The translations under genes and the position numbers were made by a program. Below the pieces are notes generated by a model, which did no database searches, was not told where the DNA came from, and was given only the letters and a program-made list of their open reading frames with translations. 64,000 nt of DNA from Phaeosaccion multiseriatum. Taxonomy: Eukaryota; Protista; Ochrophyta, other classes. Positions 45,033 through 58,076 of this stretch are shown here, piece after piece. Where the stretch lies: positions 3,968,001-4,032,000 of the forward strand of contig OZ218954.1 in NCBI GenBank assembly GCA_965112735.1. Reading direction: 5' to 3'. Positions within the stretch are counted from its first letter, which is position 1. Each line of letters begins with the position of its first letter.

Positions 45033-46396
45033 ATGTCGGGCGCCAGGGGAGTGGGCACCATGGTGCAGCAGCAGGGCGGGTCGGCCGGGCCCACATCGCA
45101 GGCGCAACAGAGCGTAAGCATGTACTTTCCCAATGAGCTTAGGGTGAGTAACGGAGGGGAAGGAGGGAGAGGGCGGGGGGGGGGGGGGGCAGTGGATGGG
45201 GAGGGGCTTTGGTGTTACCATTACTTATGCGCTCGCTTGGGATGGATTTGGAGTTGGAGTCCTTTTTTTGAATTCTCATCCGCTCCCCCCTCCGCAGAGC
45301 ATTCAAAGCCGCACCACCTCTGTGATATCATAAGAAAGAGTGACGGACAGAGAGATAGAAGAGAAGTATGGACTGCTCTGCCCCCCTCGAGTGTGAACAG
45401 CGCCTTTCTTCTGAGGCGTAATCAGAGCGATCCACCATCATCGTCTTTCCCCAACTTCATCACTGACTGAACTCCCTCCATTCTATTCCTCTCCACCGTG
45501 GCCCTCCCCTCCCGCCCCTCAAACCAAACGAAACCAATCCAAAGCAGTCGGAGGGGTACAGCCAACACGCGCAGCAGGTGCCTCTCTTCGACTGTGTGAC
45601 GCGGGATGAGACCTCCGAGCTGCGAGAGTGTCACGCCTTCATCCAAGAGCTGGAGACGCGATGTATGGAGGTCGAGGCCATTAACCTGGACTTGGAGCAG
45701 CGGCTGGAGTCCCAGGCAAAGAGCAGCATGGTGGTGGATCGGGAGATTTCAGAGATGCAGCGGAGCTTTGCGGAGAAACTCAAGGCCCAGGAGAAGGAGA
45801 CGGCGGAGATGAGGGAAAGGGTGAGCACGGAGAGGAAGCAGAGTGACTTTATCTTGGAGAAGCTGAGGCGGACGGAGAAGGAGCTTCATCGCATGCTGGT
45901 GCGCAAGTATGACATTGCGCATCAGGCCAAGAAGGAGGAGAGGCACGCCATACTAGGTGAGGGAATTGGTGATATACGGGGGGTGGTGGGGGAGGGAGGT
46001 GAGGGAAGGAGGAGAATCCCCCCCTCTTTGTTTTGTTCCTCTTGTCGTCCCACTACACCTTTTGCATGCCTCTAATCTCCCCCTCCCCGCCCATCCACTG
46101 CCACCCTCCCTCCGTCCCTCATCCTCCCCCATCCACTGCCATCTCCTCCCTCTCTCCCTCTCTCTCTCTCTCTCTCAGAGCGCAAAATCATCGCACGTGA
46201 CCTTCAGCGCCAAAGCTCCGTGGCGTCTCTCCGCACACACGACAGCAGAGCCCACAGATTGGGCGCCAGCGGCAGCGGGGGAAGCGACAAGGGCGGTGGG
46301 GGGGGGGCACATACACACAACCCTTTCGGAGCGGGGTTTGAGGGAGTGAGGGAGAAGCAGGTGGTGGACTCTCTCAGCGACTTCTTCGGCCTCTAA
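45033..46396 (+). CDS. Coiled-coil protein of unknown function, 3 exons
   Basis: Exons 45033-45113, 45578-~45956 and ~46179-46396 join via GT-AG. Heptad-rich (IQELETRCMEVEAINLDLEQRLE..LRRTEKELHRMLVRKYD); ends VVDSLSDFFGL*. Confidence 0.7.
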
Positions 46397-47880
46397 TGGG
46401 GGCTGATTGGGTGTATCAGAGGACCCCAACCACGGCCACCACACTCAATAGGGGGAAGGGGGGGGGCAGGGGCTTGTTGTCTTTGGATGGATGGAGGGAT
46501 ATGGGTTACAGACTTCCGACCACCCGAGCGACGATGACATAATTCATTATTTGGTCACCGCCGCCGCAGATGCCCAATGATACCCAATACACAGGGGGGG
46601 GGGGGGGATGGCATCGCGGCAAGCACGCCAGGAGGGAGGGAGCGGGCGAAGAAATAGAGGCATATGGGTAGAGGACAAGCCGCCCTATGCATGTACACTG
46701 AAGGGAGGAGGGGGAGGGGGGTACGCACGCCAGGCCAGTCCAGTAGCACCAAGGTGGATGGATGGCAATGGATGGCGATGCGACGGAAGGCAGCAGCGGC
46801 AGCAGCAGCAGCAGTAGTGGCAGCCTTGGGCGGGGGGGAGGGGGGGCTTAATGCATGACTTGGGAGGAGTAGGGAGTGGTGGGAGCACCGACTTGGAAGC
46901 CTCTCAGAGGCAACCACCCGACCCAAATTTTTGTAAGTACGGTCAACGGGCTGGCCCGTGACTGATTTGTGTTTGTAAAGGATGTTTAGTTTTTAAGCTT
47001 GTGAGGGAGGGAGGGAAGGGAGTTGGGGAGGGGGGGGGGGCGTGGGTGGGGAAAGGAATGGGTTCAGACGGCGACGACTTGGGGATGAACATAGCAAGGT
47101 GAATGTGTCAATTACTGGTTGCAGGAAGGAAGGAAAGAAGGAAGGGAGGGAGGGGTGCGCAGGGGTATGTGATCCGTCGGCACCACGTCCCCCCTCGGGA
47201 AGGTGGAAATGGGAGCTTTCTCTGCCAAGGGACAGCTACAGCAGCAGCAGGAGAAGCAGGCCGGAGGTGGAGCAGGCGGAGACAGAGACTCATGTGAGCA
47301 AGGAGTAAGGAGCAAGGAGGGATGCGCGGCGGCGTCGCGGACAGTGCTGGAGCGCCACATGTGTGTGTGTGTGTGTGAGTGCGCGAGTCTGTGTGTGCGT
47401 GCGTGCGTGCTCTCCGCCCTATCGCTTGTCGTGGGGAGAGGTTTGGACACGCGTGGGTTAGCTCAAGGGGAGGGGGGGGGGAGTGTTCATTTGTGGTAGT
47501 GGTAACTGACTTGGGCCGGGGATGGGGGTTGTCTGTTTCGCGAGCTTCCTTGCCTTGGGGGCACACGCGACGGAGCATCTTTTTTTTTTTCAATTAAATG
47601 AGAAGTATATAAATAAAAATGAGATCAAGGCATTCTCGAGTCGGCCGACCGTTGTTCAAAGACCAAGATTTTGACTGGAAGTGAGTATTATGTATTGCGA
47701 TTGAAAAAGGCACCGTACTGTCATGAAAAGTGCCTCACATTCACGCACAAAGCGCTCTTCTACATCGTACAGACTTATCAGTTTCCAAGCTAATCTCACT
47801 CTCGGTTGGGCGGTCGGTCGTACGTGTGCGTGCATTCACGCTACGAAGTGCCTGTATTACGTCAGTGTCAAGCCGATAAT

Positions 47881-47962
47881 AATGTCGACATCGATATCTT
47901 TATTGATATCGATGTCGATATTAATGTCGACATCGATATCTTTATTGATATCGATGTCGATA
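47881..47962. repeat. Tandem pair of 42-bp palindromic units (14-bp perfect stems, TTTATT loop)
   Basis: TCGACATCGATATC-TTTATT-GATATCGATGTCGA occurs twice, between convergent genes. Confidence 0.85.
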
Positions 47963-48191
47963 CGGACGCCGGCGTGAGGTGTGGGAATCCTCAATGACTC
48001 TCCTGTCTCTCTCAGTCTCTCTCAGCCAATCAGTTCTAGCGTCTGAAAGCGACTGACCTCTGCCATACGCTGCCATCTTCCATTCGCAGTCAGCTGCACA
48101 CACACACCGCCGCCGCCATCGCACGTGATGGAGTGTAGCAGCAGTCAGTGAGTGAGACAGTCATGAACGCGGCGTAAGTCAGTGAAGGGCC

Positions 48192-49898
48192 TCAGCTGCA
48201 AACAGCCGCAGAACGAAGTTTGTACGTCAGTGTGTAGCAGCGCACGTCAATGGCGGTCGTCGCTGGTGTCGGAGGAAGGTCCTTGCCCTTGTTGGGTACC
48301 CCGGCCCTACCCACTTCATTCATCGATGAAGGGAAGGACGAAGGAAGGAAGGAAGTAGCACGGCCACAGCGCCACAAGGCGGGGCGGGGTGGGGTGGGGT
48401 GGGTTCAGTTTAGTCAGTCAATCAGTCAGTTCGGTTTCGTGTCAGCAGCCTTCGATCGAGTACCCTCTGGCACCGGGTACCACATGACCAGGGGCGCTCA
48501 CACTGTTAAGCACACGCCGACCCCCCCACCCACCGATCAACCCACCCACCCACCACGACCGACAACAGCGACGAAGCTTCGACTCAGAAACCAACCTGTC
48601 GTCGCTGCTCCGGCGGAAGGCGGGGAGAAGGAGGAAGGGGACAGGGGGGGGGGGAGGAAGGATGCCGTCCTCTGCACGGCCGTTACTGTAAGGGGCGGTG
48701 CGGGGCAAGGGGGATGGCAGTGGATGGAGGTGGGGGCACGTTAAGAGGGACACCAAGGGGCACGATAGAGAAGCGAAGTACGAGAGCACACCTGTGTTGG
48801 CGTCGATACGCGTGTAGACGGTGGTGGTGTCTACGTCTTTGGCCAGGGGGCGGAACTTGCGGGAGTCTGTGAGTGTGCGTGTTGGTTGTACAGAGGAGGA
48901 GAGAGAGTGGGAGTGTGAGTTTCAGTGTCAGTTGAGGCAGACTAGAGGCGTACCGCATGGGTGGGCACTCGAGAGGAGGGCAGAGTAGAGGCATATGGGC
49001 AACGAGCGGAGCAGGGCAGGCGACTTACGTGAGGTGCCATCGCCACTTCGCTTAGCCCTTTCTCTCTGACCACCACCACCACCACCCCCCCTTCTGCCGC
49101 TCGTTTCTCTGACTCTGGCACCCTGACCCTCACTACGAGAACCTTTACCCCCTGAGCAACTTGCTCCCTTTCTTACCTCGACCCTCTCTGACCCCCTCTC
49201 TCATCATCACTCTCTTCCCTCTCTCATCATTACCCTCTCGCTCTCTCATCATTACCCTCTTCCCTCTCTCATCATCACCCTCTTCCCTCGCGTATCTCAC
49301 CTGGTCCTTCTCTGGTGACTCTTGACTCAGCGAACTCACACACGGCGAAGGTGGGCCTCTCCTCGGAGTCCTGCCCCGCCTCCACGTGTCGGCCTGTAGT
49401 GCGTAGCTCAGCTTTGAACACTGCGCCCTAGGGAGGGGAGGGATGGCAGTTGATGCGGGAGGAAGGGTGAGGTATCTTACCATACCAGCCCCAAAGTTTC
49501 CCTTGCTCCCTCCCCTCACTCACAACCCGCCATCCCTCCTCCCCTCATTCACTCACATTGGCCCCCTGCGGCGAGAGGTAGAACGCCACAACATCCGGCG
49601 CCCCTTCCCCGTCTATATTCAACACCGCGAGCTTGCCCATGGCCGCCTGCGTAATGCTGTCCACGTTAAACACCCGATCCGCCACCACTCCAGAAGTGAA
49701 CCCTCCCCCCACTGGTGACCGGAAGCGCGATTGGTACTCCAGCGCTGACCCCTCCTCCGCCTTGGCCTTTGCGAAGGTTGCGTTGTTGCCTCCTCCGAAG
49801 ATGGACTCGCCGAGAGGGGCGGTGACGTCAGAGGTGACGGAGCGGCAGTCCCATGTACCGCACATCCAGGCTGTTTGATTGAAGTATGAAAGTGAGTT

Positions 49899-49937
<39 letters not shown>

Positions 49938-50862
49938 CAATGAGCAGAGCAGGGCAGGGCAGGAGAAGCGTTGTTAGTCTACATGGACAAAGCAGGGAGG
50001 AGAGCATATGTCAGCGAAAAATGCAAAGCAGAAGGTAACCCCGAGCAGAGCGATAACCTCTCCCCTCCTCTCCCTTCGGAGCACAAATTGAGTAAGGCCT
50101 TAGTTTAATACAAGGAGTAGAACGATATTGCTCCAATAGCTTTATCACTCTCTCGTTCATGTAAAGTTTTGTGACAAAGAGCAGGAGGAATCCCGAGGAA
50201 ACTGGAACTGGAACACACATAATCGACTGAACCTGAAACTGGCACACTCACAGGGATAGTACACGTCATTCCCCTCCAGAGCGTAGGTAGGCCTGGTCAC
50301 GATGCGCTTATCCAGCCTCTCCTGCAGCGAGGGCGCTGATGCAGCAGTTGGTGATACGGCGGCAGCTGTCGAGAGGGGCGGCGAGGATGGGCCCATTCCT
50401 GGTTGGTGTGGATGGAGTGCGTGTGCGTGTGGTGGGGAAAAGGGGGGAGGAGGGATGGGCAGGGTGAAGACAAAGTCTTTGAGGTAATGCAGACAATTGG
50501 AACAGCGTTGGTTGGGACAAAAAGTAAGAATTGAAAAGAGTTTGTGCCCCTTCTGGCGGGGGGGATCGGGGGGAATACAACATGCAATAGACGGAAGCGC
50601 TTTGTATACTTATGCAAAGGCAGCATGCGTCACATTCGCGCAACCACAAGTCTGTTGCTTCATCCTTACCTGAAGCCACTGCAACAGCCACCGCGGCTGA
50701 GGAGGCCCCTCGGACGAGAGCTTGTCGACGCGTGTGCGAGGCGCTTGGCCCATCGCATTGTGGAGGCCCCTTCGCTGTCATGATCAACGGCTGAAAGGCC
50801 CTTACCGGCACCGACGATAAACCCAGCGCCAGCAGTACGGAGAGCACCAGGAGACGTCCCAT
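48192..50862 (-). CDS. Predicted plastid (possibly thylakoid-lumen) protein, DUF6816-like, multi-exon
   Basis: Signal peptide MGRLLVLSVLLALGLSSVPVRA-F, transit peptide, then RRQAL + hydrophobic stretch. Core DVYYP|AWMCGTWDCRSVTSDVTAPLG..YQSRF..VVADRVFNVDSITQAAMG..DTTTVY..VTAVQRTASFL..AIDVRCYTLTY resembles the cyanobacterial/algal DUF6816 family (recalled, not searched). 3' exons are uncertain. Confidence 0.7.
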
Positions 50863-51157
50863 GGAAAGGGAGAGTTTTGGGGAGGCGTCCTCCAGCAATG
50901 CATTTGCTGAGGATGAGCACAGAAAGAAGCGTCGCCGCGCCGCCTCGCCATCCTCAGATCTTCGTCTTCGCTTGGAGCTTGCCAACATCCTCCTCGCTCC
51001 TCTTTGTCGTATAGAATTGAAGGGAGTATTAATTGAAGGAAAGAGAGAGATGGAACCGAAACGCAAATTTATGTCCATCTGTGACGCATAGCAGTTGGTG
51101 CATCGCACAACGGTTCACTGCATTATATACAGGGCTTTCCCTTCTGTTCGAGTCAGC

Positions 51158-51367
51158 ATGAATACCGCCCTGCAATACATGGCACGGCCGGGGGACATCA
51201 AGTCCGGTGATGACCGGAAGCAGCGCGTGGCGGGGATGGCGAAGCAGATGGGCATCGACTTGTCCGGCATGGGGCCAGAGGTGAGCGGCAGGATGCGGGT
51301 GAGCAAGAAGGAAGGAAGAATAGGAAGATCTAAGGGCTGAAGGGGAGGACTATCCCCAGCAGTGACC

Positions 51368-51410
<43 letters not shown>

Positions 51411-52041
51411 GAGGAGGAGGAGGAGCGAGAGTAAGAGGACGTAGCGGTGGAGTGCAATACATATCGGAGGGGTGTGGGTTGGAGTGGCAGCACCGTGATC
51501 CTCAGGCACAAGCTTCACGGAGGTAGCGAGGGGAAGGGACGGCTGAGTCTTGAGGGAGGGTGGCGGCGGCTCAGCCTACGCCTCTGTCTCTGTTCGCCGT
51601 CTTCCTCTCCGCGGGCCTCTTTTCAAGCGTCTCTGGCCTGAAAGGATGGACGGATACCCCTCTGCACCGCCTCCTTCCCGTCTCTCCCTCCCTCCCTCCC
51701 CTCTCTCTCCGTCCCTCCCCTCTCTCTCTCCCTCCCTCTCTCCCCTCTCTCTCCCTCGCTCCACTCTCTCTCTCCCTCACTCTATCACACTCTCTCTTTT
51801 CTCTCCTTCTGTCTCTCCCCTCTGTCCCTCTCCCTCCACTGATCTCTCCCCACCTACCGTTCCCTCTCTCTCTCCCCACCTCCCACTCCTTCCATCCGTT
51901 GCCCCTCCCTCCCTGTCATCAGGCGGAAGAGATGTGGCAAAAGCTGGATAGCATGTCCATGTCCGATCCCGTCGCTTACAAGAAGTTCGTCAAGAAGAAC
52001 ATGAAGGAGGTGCGTCATGTGACCCCTCTTCCATCGAATAC

Positions 52042-52112
<71 letters not shown>

Positions 52113-52674
52113 TCTGCACACATGAAAGAGCCATGTCTTCCTAACCTTTCCCCCATTTACCCCTCTATTTACTCCCCCCCTTCCCCTTCCCCTTCCCCTT
52201 CCCCTTCCCCTTCCCCTTCCCCTTCCCCTTCCCCTTCCCCTTCCCCTTCCCCTTCCCCTTCCCCTTCCCCTTCCCCTTCCCCTTCCCCTTCCCCTTCCCC
52301 TTCCCCTTCCCCTTCCCCTTCCCCTTCCCCTTCCCCTTCCCCTTCCCCTTTCCCCTTCCCCTTCCCCTTCCCCTTCCCCTTCCCCTTCCCCTTCCCCTTC
52401 CCCTTCCCCTTCCCCTTCCCCTTCCCCTTCCCCTTCCCCTTCCCCTTCCCCTTCCCCTTCCCCTTCCCCTTCCCCTTCCCCTTCCCCACCTCCTCCTCCT
52501 CCTCCCCTTCCTCCTCCCCTTCATCTTCCCCTTCCCCTTCAAGGCCGCTCGCGAGGCCGCAGGCAAGCCCTCCAAGAAAAGACGCGCTAAAGAGTTCTTC
52601 CCTGAGCCGGGTTTCGTTGTGAAAACCTACGTTCGGAAACCTCCGGGAATGGCGGTCAAGCTGCTGCCGCCGCA

Positions 52675-52706
<32 letters not shown>

Positions 52707-55700
52707 GAGGAGGAGGAGGAGGAGGAGGAGGAGGAGGAGGAGGAATGGGAGTGGGCACAAAGGTAGGGAGGAGGACAAGGGCGAGGAGTAGGACGAGGAG
52801 GAGGACGAGAAGGAGGAGGAGGGGGCGGGGGCGGGGGCGGGGGAGAGGAAGAGGGCACCAAGACAAGGAATACGAGTAAGGTTTGGCGGTTTCGGTAACC
52901 GTTCCCGTCTGTAGACCTGGGTGGACCTGCTCCTAAGCAGTAGTGCTGTTTGGGGTAGGCCGCCCTGCGATACCCACTCACGGCCGGTGGCAGCGCTGCT
53001 TCCTCATTTTGACGCTCCTTCTCCTCCTCCTTTTGATCGCCAACTGCCGGTGCTACTGCTGTACCACCAACTGCTTCATATGTAGGTGTTCGTCAATGTG
53101 ACCTCTCACCGCGCCATTGAGGCCCCTCTGGACCAAGCGGGCAATCCAGTGACTGAGGACAAGCAGCCCGAGAGGTTCTCGGCACACGGCCTACAGGTGA
53201 GGGGATGGCAGGGGATGGCAGGGGATGGCACGGGAGAGGACGGCAGTGGATGGCAGACACGCACACACAAAGACAGACAGACAGATACACACACACACTC
53301 TCTCTCTCTCACACACACACACGCACAAACACGCACACACACAGCAGCAGCAGCCAAAGGAAAACTCACTTCTTCCCTATCGCTCCCCTGCCGCATGCAA
53401 TATTCAATTGTCTCCCCATATACCTGCAGATGCCCCTGGTCGTGAGTGCCCTGCGAAACACGCCCGACCACAAGGGGGCCCACGCATTGGCACTGGACGT
53501 TGTCTTCCACCCCTGGGTCATTGACATGTGCAACAGGGAAGGAGCGGGCCTCGGTTTCCGAACGCAGGTTGGTGGTGTCGTGTGCGGAGGGTGATGAGTG
53601 GCTTTGCGTGTAAGTGTTCACTCGCGCACACACAGAGAGAGGCCAAGAACCGAGAAGAAGAGGGAGGAAAGAAGAAGATGTATCTGTCACGAAGAAGGAG
53701 ATATCGAACATGCGCATGTCATTCCGTGGTGTGGTATACCCACCAATTGTAACATGCGGCATTCCGTGGTGTGGTATACCCACCAATTGTAACATGCGGC
53801 ATTCCGTGGTGTGGTATACCCACCAATTGTAACATGCGGCATTCCGTGGTGTGGTATACCCCCCAATTGTAACATGCGGCATTCCGTGGTGTGGTATACC
53901 CCCCAATTGTAACATGCGGCATTCCGTGGTGTGGTATACCCCCCAATTGTAACATGCGGCATTCCGTGGTGTGGTATACCCCCCAATTGTCTGTTGTGCT
54001 CTCTTGTCTCGTTCTCCAACTCACTGCGCTGCCACTAGCTAGCTGCCACCACCCCACCAACCCTTTCCCATATTCCTCCCTCGCTCGCTCGCCCTCTTCT
54101 CGCCCCCCCCACCCCCCCTCCCCCCCTCCTCCTCTCTCTCTGCCCTCTCTATCCCTCTGCAGGTGGTGGAACTCGCACTTCGCTGGGTGGAAGACGAACA
54201 CGGCTCTCTGCGGCTGGCGAGGGAGTGGAAACTGTTACAGAATTTCCTCTACAAGGGAGGGGGGGGGGACAAGGGGCAGCTTGTGGTGGCCTTTCCGGTC
54301 AGGGACGCACGGGCGCAGAACGGTCCTCAGGACAAGAGGGAGGGTGGAGTTGGCGACGACGATGATAGCGACGTTGGTGATTCATCCGATTCGGATGAGG
54401 AGGAGGAGGGGATTGAGGACGTTGTGGGGAGGATGCAGCCGGAGAGCTTGTTGGAGAAGATACGAGCGGGAGAGGGGATGGCAGTGGATGGGGATGGGAA
54501 AGGAGGAGGAGGAGGAGGGCTTGGGGGCCTGAAGCTTCCCGGAGACGTCAAGCAGCAGCAGCGAAGGGAGCTGCAGCAGCGGAGAGAGCAGCAGCAGCAG
54601 CAGGGAGGAGTAAGAGGAGGAGGAGGAGGAGGAGGAGGAGGAGGAGGAGGAGGAGGAGGAGGAGGAGGAGGAGGAGGAGGAGGAGGAGGAGGAGGAGGAG
54701 GAGGAGGAGGAGGAGGAGGGGTCTCCGATTCGAGTGGTGGCAAGGCGACGGGGGCAGCGCCTAAGCCGCTCATTTCAGAGGTGGATGCGGGCAGAGTGGT
54801 CAAGTCCAGCAAGCCCCTCGTCAAGAAGGGGTTCCTCAATGGGCTTGGAGGTGGGGGTGATGCAGCCGTTGGTGATACAGATACAGCAGCAGATGGTGAT
54901 ACAACAGCAGCAGGAGTCGAAGGAGAGGGTCTTACGCCCAAGACGAAGGCGACAATGAAGAAGAAGAAGAAGAAGAAGCAGGCAGCCCACCTGGGTCTGT
55001 ATCCCGAGGGGGGCAGCGAGAACGGCTCTAAGGCGGGTACATACGCACGCTTTATGGACAAGTGCAAGGTGGTGGACATGAGTGAGATGGAGCCCGAGGA
55101 GCAGCAGAGGATGATGCAGCAGCACGCAGGGCCGGGGAAGGAGCAGGGGCAGGGGCAGGGGAAGAGTGCGGCAGTTGGTGGTACGGCAGCAGGTGGTGGG
55201 GGGGGGGCAGGAGGGGGCGCGCAGGCGAGGAGCGAGGCAAAGGCGAGCTTTGATGGGATGGGGAGGGGCTTCTTGGGGGGCGGGGAGGGGACCCAAGCAG
55301 GGAAGGGAGGAGGGGGGAGCAAGAAGAAGAAGAACACGGCAGCGGCCCGGGATGAGGTGAGTGGAGGGAGGGGAGGAAGGGAGGAAGGGAGGAAGGGAGG
55401 GAGGGAGGGAGGGAGGGAGGGAGGGAGGGAGGAGGAGGTTTGGTCTACAGGAGGTGCTGTGTCATTGCATTGTTGGCTTAGGAAGTGTGGCCGCTCTCAC
55501 TCACACTTTTCCCCATCCCTCCTGTAACCGACGTGATGACCAACCATCATTAACTCCTCTCCTCTCCTCTCCTCTCCTCTCCTCTCCCTCCCTCCCTCCC
55601 TCCCTCCCTCCCTCCCTCCCTCCATCCATCCATCCCTCCCTGCTCTTAGGAGTTCGAGCGGCTCATGGCAGCTGCGGATCCGGAGCTTGCCAACTCAATG

Positions 55701-56252
55701 ACCCCGGGGGGCGGCCCAGGGGAAGACGAGAGTGACCCCCTCGGGCAGACACTCAAGGAGTTGGCGGGCATTCTTGGGAACGTTCCCGGCATGGGGGACA
55801 ACTTCGGTGAGCCAGTATGCAGTTTCAATTGACCGACCACCGCCCCCATGGACTCCTGCTCTATCGGTGTTGATAGCGTCGTCGTTCTCCTCTCCCCAAT
55901 ACACACATACGTACATACGTAATTCTTAGGTTGACTCCTATGAGTCAACGAAATGCCCCTCCCCGATGCTCTCCATTGTCCCCCCCCCCTCTCCTCTCTC
56001 CTCCCTCTCTGCCCCTCTGACCCCCTCTATGACCTCCTCCCCCTCCTCTCTCCCCTCTCTCCTCACCCCTTCCCAGGCTCCTCCTCTTACTCCGACCCCC
56101 GTCCCCGGGGGGGCTCCACTGTGCCAAGCGCAAACTCAAACACCCCCCCCCCGCCCACCCCGAGATACGGTATGGGACCCAGTATCAACCCCGTCCCGGA
56201 GAAACATGTACCCCCTCCCCCTCCAGCGGTACGTATGCGCGTGTGTGTGCGC

Positions 56253-56283
<31 letters not shown>

Positions 56284-57669
56284 TGTGTGCGCGTGTGCGC
56301 GTGTGTGCGCGTGTGTGTGTGTGAAAATGTGTGTGTACGTGTGTTTGTTTTTTCCGAAGGGTTCCAACTAGGAAATATTACGTAAACTCACGAGATGATC
56401 CGGAGATTAACGCACACACACACACATGTTGAAGGAAAGAATTGGGGTCTGCTCATGCTGTGAGGCTGGGTGTGAAACTCGTATTAAGAAATGTTACGCA
56501 ATCGAACAAGATGATTGGGTGTGCTTGGGCGTAGTTGGGGGTGTAATTGGTGTAATTGGGTTCCTTCGAGCCGCGAGTCTTGGGGCTCTCAGACGAACTT
56601 GCCTGCTCCTTCCGTGCACGCACGCACTCACGCCCGGTCGCCCACCCTTCCGCCCGCACACACACGTACACATTTCTCCGCAGACGGAGGCACCAGAAGG
56701 AAAGCAGACGCAGCAGGAGGAGGAGTTGGTTATACAGGACTTGGGGAGACAGCAGCAGCAGCCGCAGCAGCAGCAGCAGCAGCAGCAGCACTCACGCCAC
56801 GAAGGAGACACGCTACTCACACCAGGAGCCGCGGCAAGCCCCTCCAGAGAGCCGCAGGAGGGAGGGAAGGAGAAGGCAGAGGAGGAGAAAGAGGAGGAGC
56901 CAAGCATGCATCCGACGCCGATGGCAGCAGACGGGCAGGAAGGTCCCCCTCGGGGGGAGGGGAGGAGGGAAAGCGAAGGGGCAGCAGACGAAAAAGAGCC
57001 TCCTTTCGATATTGTGATTGTGGAGCCGCCTCCCGCGGCCGCGGAGGAGGAGGAGGAGGAGGCGCATGCGGCCCATCAGGGGGGCGGCAACAGCAGCAGT
57101 CATATGGGCAGCAGCAGCAGCAGCAGCAGCAGCAGTCGCGAAGGGGTGAGTCTTTCGTCAACTACAAGCGCGAGCAATGCTAGTAGCAGCACGTGGGGCA
57201 GCAACAAGGAGAAGAGCAAGAAGGAGGAGAGAGTAGGGAAGAAGGCCGAGGTTAAGGTTGCGTTGCCGGGCGTGAGCAAGATGGCGGATGTGGAGCTTGA
57301 GCTGTCGGTTTCCGAGCTGAGGCTTCGAGTCGCGGGAAAGTTCCGCCTTGTCGTGCCTTTTCCTTTCCCTGCGGACACGGGAAGCGTGGGTGCCAAGTTC
57401 AGCAAGAAGAAGGGGGAGCTGAAGGTGAGTGAGGGGTGGGAGGAGGGAGAGAAGGAGGGAGGGAGGGAGGGAGGGAGGGAGGGAGGGAGGGAGGGAGGGA
57501 GGGAGGGAGGGAGGGAGGGAGGGAGGGCGTCTCTTTCTAAGGGTGTCTCCACACACAATATCGCCCTCTTTTCATCTCGATGCCCGCCCCGTCCTCGAAC
57601 CACCCCTCAACCCCCGCCGTTCAGGTTACGGTGGAGGAGTCTTTAGAGCTCTCCGCTCCCTGCAAATAG
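51158..57669 (+). CDS. PIH1-domain + CS-domain co-chaperone, PIH1D2-like (dynein assembly/R2TP-type), multi-exon
   Basis: MWQKLDSMSMSDPVAYKKFV (PIH1D2-type N-terminus), PEPGFVVKT, VFVNVTSH, MPLVVS..ALDVVFHPWV..VVELALRWVE; C-terminal CS domain VKVALPGVSKMADVELELS..SVGAKFSKKKGELK|VTV. Confidence 0.82.
52176..52487. repeat. (CCCCTT)n hexamer microsatellite, ~50 copies, at an intron 3' end
   Basis: Direct reading. Confidence 0.95.
53721..53990. repeat. 40-bp minisatellite, ~6.75 copies, intronic
   Basis: Unit ATTCCGTGGTGTGGTATACCC(A/C)CCAATTGTAACATGCGGC, head-to-tail with no spacers. Confidence 0.95.
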
Positions 57670-58076
57670 AGGCATATGGGAGGGGCGAGGGGCGACGCAT
57701 ATTAGAGAAGCATATGGGAGAGGGCTGGCACTCTTGCAGCCAAGACTCATCAGTCAGTAAGTCAGGGAGTCAGTCAGTAAGTCAGTGAGTCAGGGAGTCA
57801 GTCAGTAAGTCAGTGAGTCAGGGAGTCAGTCGGGAAGAAAGGAAGAAGAGGGAGGGAGGGGGGTGGTGGGGGGGGCTTCGGGCCATTCCCTCGCAGTGCC
57901 CAAATGCCGAAATGCCCATATGCCCACGCATTGCGGCTGAGCCTAACACTAGTAAGTCAGTAAGTCAATCAGTCAGCCGACTCTACGAGTACTTGTACCG
58001 TATGTATTCCTTAGAGCTGAACGTTAGGGGAAGCCACACAAACTGATGGGAGGGACGCCTCTGATACATGCGCTGA

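Noticed and set aside
47042-47597. Short ORFs between the coiled-coil and DUF6816-like genes
   Set aside because: No recognisable domain or consistent splice model.
53721-53990. 40-bp repeat array as a CRISPR
   Set aside because: Units are head-to-tail with no unique spacers, there are no cas genes, and it lies in a eukaryotic intron.
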